Assembly: GCA_000708835.1 (NCBI GenBank)
Contig: DF237044.1
Location: 124,001-188,000 of the forward strand
Source of the DNA: Klebsormidium nitens
Taxonomy: Eukaryota; Plantae; Klebsormidiophyceae
Length of the DNA stretch: 64,000 bases
Direction of reading: 5' to 3'
The position numbers and the translations under genes were made by a program. Position 1 is the first letter of the stretch, and every line of letters begins with the position of its first letter. Of this stretch, positions 1-11,300 are shown piece by piece. The notes under the pieces are model-generated. The model had not been told where the DNA came from and searched no databases. It saw only the letters and a list, made by a program, of their open reading frames with translations.

Positions 1-2739
1 GACGTTGGTGAGACGTTCAACTTCCTTAAGCTGCCCTCCGACTTCCAGAAAGCGGCCTGGTGCGCGCGCGTCGACCTCCTCAAAGAATTCCTGTCCAACC
101 CCTTAAGGGAGGAGTTTTTGAAGCAGAGGGAGCCGCTCCTGAACTTCCCGGTTCTGCATTTGGTGGTGTTTGGGGCGCAGCGGCACGTGGAGCGTTCTGG
201 ACCGCCTGGAGACTATCCTCAGGTATTAGGAAAGTCCCAATTGTGTTCTTCTGTTGTTCCGTTTTGAAACAAGAGCGCAGTCTGTGGAGTTTGTTCAGCC
301 ACATCGGCTGTCAAATGTCTGATCTTGAAAGTGGACTCTAGTCAGTGCCATGCCACACATGCCTCCATTCCAAAGAAGAGAAGTCAATTTCATCTAGTTT
401 TGTGCAATCAACCATACACCAAAGAACTTGAAAGAACTGGCAATGTTTGAGTTGATTATTTGAGGTGCGCAGCTCAAGGGGTGTCCTGTAATTCATCGCA
501 CCGTAGTCTCCTTCCTTGTTTCTATCATGCTCATGTTCGCTCTACCTATTCCCAAAACCGTAATTAGACTAGATGCTACAAGAACCTGGCGTAGCCCGTT
601 GTGGCGCCAGATCTCAAAGAATTAACCATCTTTATGGTTTTTCCAGGCCTGCCAGCTCCTCCTAGAGGCTGGCGCCAACGTGCACGCTCGCGATTGCAAC
701 GGTTACACCGCTCTACACCACGCAACCTCCCACCACGCCCAACTGGACCTCGCTCGCCTCCTCCTGAAACACGGCGCCGACCCCAATGCTCGCAACCGCT
801 TCGGCAACAACGCTCTGATGGAGCCGGTGATGCTCAACAACTTTGAGGCATGCAAGCTGCTGTATGATGCGGGGGCCGATCCAGATCTGGAGGACTTTGA
901 CGGGTTTACTCCCAGGAAGACTGGGATGTCATACCCCGCGCTTCAAGCACTTTTTGCTCGGCGGCGAGAGGGGAGAAGTGGGGGGGAAGCACGGGGAGAC
1001 GCTCCTGGAACGAACGGAAGGGAAGGGGCTGGAAGAAAGCCACGGAGACCGGAGGATGAACTGGGGATGATATATTGCAGTTTGTGCGAAAGGAAGATGA
1101 CTCCGGTGGAAGCGAAGCGGTGCTCGGGGTGTCATGTTCGGCCGTACTGCAGCAAGGGTAAGGCTGTTGACACCATCCATCTTAAGTCTCTTGAAGGGCA
1201 GGTGGAATGTGGCTGAAGTTTGGAAACATTAGCGAGCCTTTGATTGGCATTGCGCAACATGACTCTTGAGTCTACGGGTTCTAACAGGAGGACGGACTCT
1301 GCCAACGAAAGTCTGACCAGTTGTGTTGTCAATGATGACTTAGGCTTCAAGTTCAGGTCAAGTTCTGGGCTTGATGAAAAACTTCACATTACGCTCACGG
1401 CAGCGAGAGTCTTGTCAAAGAATGGGCATACGAGGAGAGGCTATCGCTTTCTTGTTCTGTTGTCTCGAGCTGCAGGAATCGCTGGGAGCTATTCATCCAA
1501 CGTTAGAATGGTAGCAACCCCAGCTTCCGTGTCCCTCTGAACGAAGTGCATATCTTTGTGCACCAGTTCTTGTGCAAAGGCGACCCTTTCATATTGCCCT
1601 CGCAAAGTCGATGTAACTTTAATACTCTAATTCACTTCCTTTACCAAAAAGTTGCCTTTGTGTGCAGAGTGTCAGCGGAACGACTGGAAGGAGCACAAGC
1701 TGACGTGCAGAAAGGACTCCAAGCCGCATGAAGTCGTGGTCACGCCCGTAGTGCCGCCCGGTGTCATGTCGAGCGTCCCCCTCAGCCAGTTCCTTGAAGA
1801 TATGTCACGGGGGAGCGTCGCTGAAATAAGTGCGAAAGTCATGGTAAGATCAAAAAATCGACTTTCTTTTGTAGAACCCAGTCATTGAGCTCTGCTGAGT
1901 GTCGTTTCTGCATGCAATCTGTCCTCGAGAATCATATATCAGTCGTACTTTTAAGGGCTCTCTTTGTCAGAGGTTCCGTTACGCTGCGAATGTGGGGGCC
2001 CTTCGACAGACAGATTCTGATCGGAATGCACATCTTTCAAAACAGGATATTGACTTGTTTAATCCAGTTAATTGGGTTAAAGAGCATCCCGCTTATTGTG
2101 GGTGATAAGCAAGCCGCCCTATTTTCAAAAGATTCGGAGCAATCCGAAATGCGTCGCCGTTGCTTGTAAGTTCTAGAAGCAGCAGAGATTTGAACCGTTG
2201 GGCCAGTTGCTCTTGCGCGACAGATTTGTTGGCAGTTCTTAGAAGGCGTTTGACGTTTGCAAACGGGATGGTGAGCCGTGTTCTCAACTGTGAGCCGTGT
2301 TCTCAACTGCGCTGATGAAGAGGGAGTGAGGTCAGAGTGTCCCAGTTGCGTTTGAGAAGGTGGAGACGGACTGAATATCCGACGGTAAACTGACAGCTGT
2401 GTGCTTGTGGTTCTGCAGAAAGCGGACAAGTTTCACACTAGCACGGAGGAAACGAACGCTGCGTACGCACAGAAGGGCCGTTACTTTGTCCTGAAGGTTC
2501 AAGTTGGTATGAACATGCAAACGTTGAAGCCAATTTCGAGTCAACCGATGATGGCGTACAACAACAGTCGAAAATTTCAGTGTCGGATAGAGCCGAAGGA
2601 CCCGGGGCATAAGATCATCTATGACCGCATTGCTGCCGACGGAGTCATGGGCTTAAAGGCTTACTTTAACGCCTATGTGAACAAGCAGAAGAAGCTGGTT
2701 ATAGTCACGAGTCCGGTGCTGCCGGCTCAGCCATGGTGA
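1..2739 (+). CDS. Ankyrin-repeat + MYND zinc-finger protein, 5' end outside window
   Basis: Spliced model 1-222, 647-1157, 1668-1843, (uncertain small exon near 1971-2100), 2419-2739. Ankyrin motifs LLEAGANVHARDCNGYTALHHA and LLKHGADPNARNRFGNNALM. The MYND finger CSLC..KRCSGCHVRPYCSK|ECQRNDWKEHKLTC is split by a phase-1 GT-AG intron (1158-1667) that restores the frame. Confidence 0.8.
2271..2308. repeat. 19-bp perfect direct tandem duplication (intronic)
   Basis: gtgagccgtgttctcaact occurs at 2271-2289 and 2290-2308. Confidence 0.85.
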
Positions 2740-4459
2740 GGTTGCAATTGGACCCAAACAGTGTGTACTATTTCGACGTTGCTGACAATCAATGCCTTAT
2801 TGAGGATGAGAATGATCAAAGTCAGGTACGGTAGATAGATGAAGAAGGTTTAACAATGCTACTATACGGCCAGATCTTTCAATGAAGCGTGGGCCGAACC
2901 CGGCCAGCTCATATGACATGGTCGTGGCATCTTGACCACCATCGGCCGCGCGGTTATCCAAAAAGTCTATGAAATGGCCGCGGCCACAGATTCCAAGATT
3001 TGGATCGCAAATGACTCGCCCGTGGCGGCCCCGCCCGAACCTGGATCGATTGCGGCCAATCACTGGCTCCAACCTAGTTTCAGTAAACGTACCCTGCCAG
3101 TCCGACACAAATGCTAGGTGACCGGGTCCCAGCGTGGATTAATGCAATAACGGGCCCGCGCTGACGCGACGATTTGATCATCGCGACAGTTGTGCTGCAC
3201 ATGTGCCGTATTAGCTCCAAAGGATTTTTGATTTGGGGGGCTTCAAATCATTAAGTAAGGTCATGCATGCCTTGCATGATGCTACCGGTATAAATATTAT
3301 GACAAAAACAGGCCCGCGGCGCCGGACTCACCATGATGCGTAACCATCACCGTATCATATCGTGTGATTTAGCGTGACTGATCGAGTTATTATATTCAAT
3401 GGCCCCTCGATCATATGCATGTGTCATTCATGCTACGCATGATATCTTGATCATGTAACTTGGTATACGTGACCGTCATGTATATGCGGTTACAATAGGT
3501 AGTGCGGATTATGGAGCCTAGTGCGTGTGGCATAATTTGTAGTACGTGCCGAGCTGACTCGGTCAGCGGGGCGCATGCAAATGGATGCATGAGTCAGGAG
3601 ACGGCCTGTCCGGTCGGCGGCTAGCATTGAATATTGCCAGGGGCAGCCCTGGCATGCGTGCGTGGGGCCGCCTGCAGTCAGCAGGCAGATATTAAGTTAC
3701 CTGGCAATGAGCATCATGTGCATGTCATATTTTGCAAGTGCACTACGTGCAGATTCGGGGACTGCAGGCAATTCTTCTCAGTAGGCACAATAAACTACTT
3801 GATTGGGAGCGATTGGCTTGCCGTGAGTAAAAGGCATTACAAAAACACCTTGTCTGCCAACATGAAATGCGTTCCCTTTCAACCAAGGCTCTATACGGGT
3901 GGTCTATAGGGTATGTCCTTGTTACCCAGTGCTCGAGATCCCCAATCTCGCTCGTAACCGGTCCGTCTGCATTGTAACACGGAGTACACAGTCAAACGAG
4001 AGAATGAAACAATCAAGAGCAACACACAGGCTTGCCGACAAAGGAGCATCCGAGAACGACGAGTTGTATCTCTCAAGAAAGCCATGTACGTATAGTAAGT
4101 GCATCGCATTCGACAAGAGTGGTTAAGTGAAGCAAGCTCAGATTTCAACCACACAAGCTCTATTCGGAATGAATAGTGGCCTTTCCGCACCTCCAGTTGA
4201 AAGTCCGCCATGTATCGCCGGAAGGCCTCGTCCGAGTCGGTCGGAAACTCGCCCGCTTTTGGGTGGAGGCTCGAATCCCACGAGACAAGGCCTCTTTCAT
4301 ACCGGGGGGGTGATCCAAAGTCTTTCAGACTGGGCGATGAGCCCACGCGTGAACCTAGCCGGGGAGGGGAAAGGAGGCGCGTCCGGGGCGGGGAGAAAGC
4401 TGCCCGGCGGCGCTCGTGCCGCAACATAATGCTCTGCGAAGGCATGCGTTGAGTTGAAA

Positions 4460-5101
4460 TTAATGCAGTAAACGCTTAGGTAGCAATTCAACAAGCTCGA
4501 GCACGTCATACACGATAGAATCGATCGAGTGAGAGCGCAAAAACAACTTGAGTTCAAAGGAGACCATTCTTTGGCGGAAGTGTTGGTTATCAAAGCCCTG
4601 CAACCCAAAACAAAACCCTGAACCATAATCTTTGGAGTTCTTTTGCCGTTCAAAGCACTGTATGAGGATGCGAGCCATGTTGGGTGCCATCACGGTTGCA
4701 GAGCCTCGGCATGTCCGAAGCGTCCGACGGCGCTCACGAATTGGTAAGCGGGCCGCCATTCCGCCCAACACGGAGATACAACGGCCATCCTTTCGTGACT
4801 TTTGTGTCTGCGCACAGCGAAATTGGAATGCAATTTCAACCAGGCACATTGAGTACAAGATCAGACAGCTTACGTCAACTTCTTTCTGCTTCTCGATGCG
4901 CCGCAGCCGTGCCTCGACTCGCTCCTGCTGCGCCTCGGTGGCGTTTTGCATCCGCAGGTTCGTCAGCTCCTGCGTCTGCCGTTGGATCGTCTCCTCCGCC
5001 ATCTGCATCGACGGTAGGGGCGGTCTTACTCTGCTCGACCTTACCAGTCGATTATTCGTTGTAATTGGCTTTCTGACTGGAAAGTCATGGCGGAAAGGCA
5101 C
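4460..5101 (-). CDS. Hypothetical coiled-coil protein, probably two exons
   Basis: The ORF has a coiled-coil-like stretch (QMAEETIQRQTQELTNLRMQNATEAQQERVEARLRRIEKQKEVD), a GTAAG donor after 4874 and a ttgcag acceptor before 4597, both phase 0. No family recognised. Confidence 0.35.
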   Translation of the reverse strand: MPFRHDFPVRKPITTNNRLVRSSRVRPPLPSMQMAEETIQRQTQELTNLRMQNATEAQQERVEARLRRIEKQKEVDVSCLILYSMCLVEIAFQFRCAQTQKSRKDGRCISVLGGMAARLPIRERRRTLRTCRGSATVMAPNMARILIQCFERQKNSKDYGSGFCFGLQGFDNQHFRQRMVSFELKLFLRSHSIDSIVYDVLELVELLPKRLLH

Positions 5102-5663
5102 GAAGATGTCTTCACCTCGAGCACCTCAGAACGCTAAGCACCATAGATTGTTCTAGTGAACGAAGTTAGTGCTTCCGTATACGGGTCTAACGATTGACTC
5201 TGACTTGACTTCTCCCCCTTCTAGCCTTGTCACGGCTGTTTGGAGAGACCCGAGAAGGATCCAGGTTCCTCCGCTTTGCTGTCATTTTGATGGCAGAGCT
5301 TTTGATCAAGTCTGGCAACGAGCGAGTTTCCCCGTTATTGAACCTCGACAAGTTGACCAGCTCCAGCGGGACTCTTGCCTTGATTGACTCAACTTTCGTT
5401 CTCTTCAGAACCCCTTGTCAATCGTCTCAAACAAGTCGTTGAGTTCCCTTACGAAGAAGGCAGCAGCAATCCAGATCAAGGTTTTCTTTTGCGAGTCGGA
5501 CGATTCACTTGCAGCAGGAAGCTGCTAGAGCTCAACTCTGGAGGACGTCAACTCAGAGGAACACCAAGACGCAGAAACTCAGTAAGACCGGTGCGTCCAA
5601 CTTCGGTCGCTCAGATTTTGAACCGGCAAAGCCGGGAACTGATTTCGAACTTAGTTTACCGGG

Positions 5664-5767
5664 TCTGCGGCTGCTCGCGCGTTTTTTTCCGATGTTGCGT
5701 TATAAATACAAACACGAGGCGAGCCGCGCGCAAAACATGTTACCAAACGCGCGTGTGCAGCCGCAGA
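5664..5767. repeat. Imperfect inverted repeat (21/23-bp arms) enclosing TATAAATA
   Basis: Left arm tctgcggctgctcgcgcgttt (5664-5684); right arm aaacgcgcgtgtgcagccgcaga (5745-5767); TATAAATA at 5701-5708. Confidence 0.7.
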
Positions 5768-8310
5768 GTCGATCCAAAGTCCTAGATTCAATTCGGGATT
5801 CGCCCGTCAGAAATGCAAATTGTTCAAAATATAAGCGCACCAATGTCAAGCCTTCTCACCTGCAAACGCCACTCCAGGTCTCGACACCGTTCGCGGCAGG
5901 CCCCGAGCGCTGCCCCTGTTTGCACGCGCGCCATTCCGTCCGAGCTGGCCGCAGCCCGCTCGAGCGGATTCCGGCCTGACTTGAGTTCCGGCCGAAAGTT
6001 GACGGATCGCCTGACCTTGCTTCGAGAAGGCTCTGAAATGAGACAACGACGAATGAGACGGAGGGATTCCGGAGCGCCAAGATGGTCGCCAAAAAACAAC
6101 AATGAAAGGGTAGAATCCATCCTGCTGCTTGAATATTTGTGTGTTGGTTTGGCGAGCTTCGAGAAGGTTCGAATCCCTTGAAGAGAGGGTCTGAGTCAGC
6201 TGACGTTCCGTGCAATCACAGGACCAGAACATGGTCACAACCCTTGTCGCCGGGGTTTTGTAATAGCATGGTTGTGCAACCAGACCTTCTGGATCTCGAG
6301 ACGATTCTCAAAATCAAGCAGACACTTGTTAAGACATTCCGTGCGAGCTTGACGGGTTGAGTCCAATCTTCGAAGAGGACCAAGAATCTTTCCCGTTTTC
6401 ACTTTGAACTGGTTCCACTTAAGGTCGCAGCTGGAAAAAGCGAGGGCTGCGCAGATTTACCTGTATTTCCCCAGCGTCTGGGAGCGGGTGACATGTCTGA
6501 ATCGTGTTCAACATCCGACGAGGATTCTCTGGCGCCAAAACCCATGGCCCTCAGTCTCTCACTGAAGTGGTCGGTTTGTGCTTCCTGCACAACCAGAGTG
6601 AGGACCTTTGGATCTATGCAGCTCTTTGAATGCAAACCAAATCACCTAAACGGGAGTGGGGCAGGAAGTATTGCGCCGGTTAGTACCTGTTTTGCTGGTG
6701 ATTTGCAGCTTCATGTGCTTAGCATGACATCGCTCTGGCTGTCAGCTGGTGCTAGTCCAGCGTCAGTAGCAAGACTTCCGAGACAAGAACGTTTTCGAAG
6801 TTTACGTCGTTTTATCCTGTGGCGCTCCGATCCATTTCTGTATCAAACAGGTTGTACTTTGAGTCAATCCGTGTCGGGTACTGATGGAATGGAGGGTACC
6901 GACGGGACGCACAGGGGGTTTGTCTAGTTGCGACACATTGAGGAGTATTAGTCCAGAACACAAAGACAGCCAACTTTCATGTAGCAAACGCAAGGAGAGA
7001 TCGCCAGCAGAAACCCTTTCGCAGCAGGTATGGAATTATTGTGGTGTCATTGCAACTACAATTTAGATTCTGACAGTGACTGGTGTTAAATCCTAGATGA
7101 CCATGTTCTCACCATCCAGGGGTGAAGCAAGGTGAGCGGTGCTTCTGGGGGCAGCTTGTTTAAGGGAGCATCAAACCTGCCTCCTCTAACTTATCCAACC
7201 AGAAGGCGGTTGTACGTGTTCCTGAAGGAGATCATTTTGATTGTCAGATGAGCTGTTAAAGATACCAAAACGCCCATCTTTCAGTTGTTTCTAGCTGCTC
7301 TCAGCTGACACAGTAAACATGGGGTGGCAATATTAATTTCATTGCTCTCGAACAGCTGAAGAGCACTAAAAGCCTACATTCTGATGCTGAGTCACAGTGA
7401 TGGACTAGATGCTGAAGAGCTGCTTGATCATTGGCTCGTAGATCCAGCTCAAGCCCGTAGGGCTTGCGGTTTTCAGCTCCGGCTGATAGTGATGTTCCAA
7501 CGCAATGCTATTTGCATTCTACTCAATCAGGAACCGATTGACAAACATAACAAAGAGTATGACTGATAGAGCGCATTGCCGAGCTTGCACAACAGACCAG
7601 CATTTCCGGCCCACAAGTTGAGCTCTGCTTGCAATCGAGGAGCAAGATTGATTACAACAGGTAGCTCACCAAGTCCTCTTCGTTATGGAATCTACGTCAG
7701 CTCCTTCGGCTCCGCCAATCGTTCAGCACCCCGGAGTCGGTCTGGGCTTTGCAAACGCTGACCAATTGTCCTACACGCTCTTGGAAACAGCATCAAGCCT
7801 TTCCAATGTCTGGGCCCTTAAGGTCTTGCTCTCGACCAGACGGGAAGGTAGACGTCTGATCAATGCGCCGGAAAAGAAGACGACTGACGGGCTCTCTTAT
7901 GCGAAGTTAATATGGACGCCCCATTCGCAGAACCTCAATTGTTCTGCATCGAGCTGACTCGGAGCTGCTGCAGCCTGCAGGTGCTGCCAGCTGGTCAAGG
8001 CAGGCTAGCTCCCTGCCTAAGCGCTGCTCCGGACGTCCAGGTTGCCCTGAGCCTTGACTCTGAGCAGTGCCTTCCTGGAAGGCTTCCAGGAACGTCCAAA
8101 CGTCCCGCAAAAGTTTGGCTGCGTCGGGTGGTCACGCGTCCGCGCTTTGCGCAACGCGGCCGCTACGCGACGACCAGCCAGCTTGCAAAATTCTGTGCGC
8201 ACTGAGTTTGCAAATTGCAGCCTCCTCAAAATTCAAATCAGCATTCTCATCAGAGAGAAGTCAGGAGGGGTCAGAGTACTGTGCAAGGAGCGAGGAGCGA
8301 GCTCTCGAAA

Positions 8311-11300
8311 ATGGCTACCGCTGGGGGTCAATTGTGTCGGCCCCCACCCGCTGTGCAACTCAATCGCTGGCGAGGAATCAACAATGAGGACGCGCTTTGC
8401 ATTGTCAACAGTTCAAGCTCTTGCAAGCTTCGCACTTCGCACGAGAGCATTCGCTGCAGCACTATATCTTGCGCCCAAAGCAGAGCCATACTGAACTCAA
8501 GGCTTTCACTTTCTTATTCCAGATTCTTGTTGACTGATGCTAGACCATTTGAAAAGCGTTCCAGGGAAGACCAAGGTTTCCAAAAATCACGGAGGCGCCA
8601 TTTGCACGTCTGTGCCACATATGGGGGGCGCAGTGGCAGCAGGGGCTTTGAGAGGGCGTCCTATACCTCATCGCAAGAAGAGGAATCATACCAGGACGAG
8701 CGTGAACGGTGGCAAGGGGCAGGGTCTACCTCCGATGGCGAAAGTGGTCACAGCAACGAGGAGCGGGGGTACTCGGAGGATTTTAGGGAGCGCAGGTTCC
8801 AGAATGGTAATGAAGCATACTCCGGTCAGCAGCAGAGAGAGGGCCGTGGTAATGGTCGCGGCGCACGGGGTGGAGCTACCTTCGCAAGCGGACGAGGCAT
8901 GTTTGCTGCCGATGGGAGTGGTGGTCGGTACAACGCCCCAGGCGCACGGTCAGGGAGTTTTGCCCCGGATAGTCGGGCGCAAGTTGAGCGGACTTCTGGC
9001 TGGCAGGCAAATTCTGGGGACGACGGTGTCAGTGATTACGTCAGCGATGATGATGGTGGAGTCCAGACGAGGTCATTTGAAAGGGGCCGCCCTAGGGTTC
9101 CGAAGGGGGGGATCCCCCCAGGTCTTCCTGGAGGCCCCCCGGAAGAACCGGGCGTCCCCTTCCGGCGCACGCTCCTGAAGAAGGAACTGTTCGAGAAGCA
9201 GGGAAAGCAATTGGCGGGGAACTTGGGGCTCGATGAGCGGGACTTGTACGGATGGAAGGCGAACGATTTGCGCAATTCTGACGCGTTGGATGAGGGGAAG
9301 CGTCCAGAGTTTCGCGACTTTTCGCAGCGCGACATTTTCCGGGACAGGATTCGGACAGCCCCCGAGCCTCGGCCCCCCCCTCAAAATCGATTCTCGTCGG
9401 AAGACAGGCCGTCCAAAACTGGGCCAAAAACGCCCTGGGTTAGGAACGGGGTCAGCTCGCCCCCTTCTGAAAGGCGATTCCAATCAGATTCTTCGCCATT
9501 TGACAGCCGCCCTGGAAGCCCCCAGTTTAGAAACAGGGTTAGCGCGCCCCCAAACTCCCGGCAAGGCGGTAGAGGCGCCTCTGGTCGGATGGCCCCCAGC
9601 GACTTCCAGAACCAGGCGGTTACGCCGTTCCAGAAACCCAAACCTCCCGGGTTAGACGTCGGCCCAACAATTGACAGCATCAAACCCCGGTTCGTGCCCC
9701 GAGAGGACCCACCCGACACTAACCACCTCGGATGGAAACCCGAAAACAACAGAGGTTATCGGCCCCCAAGAGAGACGAGATACAATGCAGCGGTAGAGTC
9801 GCCTCCGGTCTACCGCCCCCCGCAGGAACCGAATTTTGACAGGGGGGAGGATTTGCCCCAGGGAGGAGCCCCCCAGCAGTGGCTGAGGAGGCCGCCGGCC
9901 CCCCCGGTGTCGAGGTTTAGGCCGGTAGCGAGAGATGGGGAGATCCAGTTTGAGGAGGAGAAAGGGGGGAAGCAGAGACCGTCGGGATTGGAGCAAGAGG
10001 ACGACGGATTTTGGGACGAGGAGCACGGGGGGGAGGAGATCTCGTTTGCGAGGGCGGCCCTCAGTCACGAGTGAGTGGCACAAGTTTTGTTTACATTTTC
10101 TGGTTGCGCTGCAGCTTATTACCTTGCTCACTTTCTCAGGGTGATCTGCTCACACACTAGTTCTCTGAGGTGGTGAACAAGAGTCACCTTGCTTAGCTTC
10201 TGAGGTTGATATGCACAAACACTGCCACGAGACTGAAGACATGTTTGCAGGCTCTTCATTTAACAAAAGCTAAAAGCTAGTCGACAAATGCTACACGAAA
10301 CTCTGGCCCCATGAGATGGCAGTCTTAACGGAAGTGCACTGGGATAGGGAAAATATCCCTCCAGGAGGTTTAGTCATTCTTCGCCAAACGCCGCGTCTCG
10401 GCATTCGCCATCCTCGAGATAGAAGCTGGAAGCAGGCAAAGTCCGACAAAAAGTGTTCCGTGGTACACATTTACCCTATCCTCTCCTCACGCGTGTCCTA
10501 CTTTCAATGTGGAAGGTTTGGAGGAGGCACAACATAGCTGCAGGACTGTGAACATTGGTTGAAAGTTAGGTCCTTCTCCTTGTGGCATGACTTCTTCTCT
10601 CCTTCTTCCAGCCTTGAGGCGGAGGATCTGTGAGGAAGCCTAGTCACGTCGCAGGAAAATGAACAAGTCTTGCGAGTCAGATTCACCTCTTTCCTTCCTG
10701 ACGCTCGTCCTCTTCTCATTGGCCAGCCCTGAGGTCGAAGATTTGTCGAAGGCACAATTCGATGGATGTCCTCGTTATCTAGAGTCACATCTTCCTCTCC
10801 TTTGAAGTGTCCTCTCACGGCAACCCGAGATGAGGATCCGGAGGATGCACACATCCTGTCTTGCGATCTACGTTTTCTTTTTCGTATCTGACACGTTTCC
10901 TCTCTGAACTGCCAGCCTTGAGGTGGAAGATTTGGAGGAGGCGCAGTACCGGATGCAGGAGGAAGAGCGTGCAGAGAAGCTGCGGCGGCGGCGAGCGATG
11001 TATCGGGCAGAAATGATTCTGGAGGAAGCGGAGCTCAAGCGGCTGAGGAGGAACGCAATTCGACAGCGCTGGTTCCTCAAGATAGGTGAGCGAAGGTCTT
11101 CATCGGTGCCGCGGCGTCTGCAGTCCGATCGTTGGCATGACACCAGGGAATTCCCCATGAGATCCTCAATGAGTGAAACTGAAATCACGCGTCACAGGAT
11201 TTAAGGTTTAGGAGCAGAGCCTTCGATTAGCTGGACCTGCGGAAGCATGTACTCGCTTAGGGACCCGAGAGCTGGTGCAGTTTTGTATTGGCTCCTTCGT

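Noticed and set aside
3891-4445. 184-aa minus-strand ORF as further exons of the 4460-5101 gene
   Set aside because: I could not link it with consistent splice sites, and there is no homology I recognise.
6140-6185. tRNA or SINE suggested by GGTTCGAATCCC (6166-6177); a similar ggctcgaatccca lies near 4267
   Set aside because: The T-stem pairs poorly and I could not build acceptor, D or anticodon arms.
7685-8310. Upstream start or extra 5' exons for CFM2 (ORFs at 7685, 8054 and 8215)
   Set aside because: ATG 8311 has good context and gives a coherent transit peptide in the open frame. I found no phase-consistent upstream splice path.
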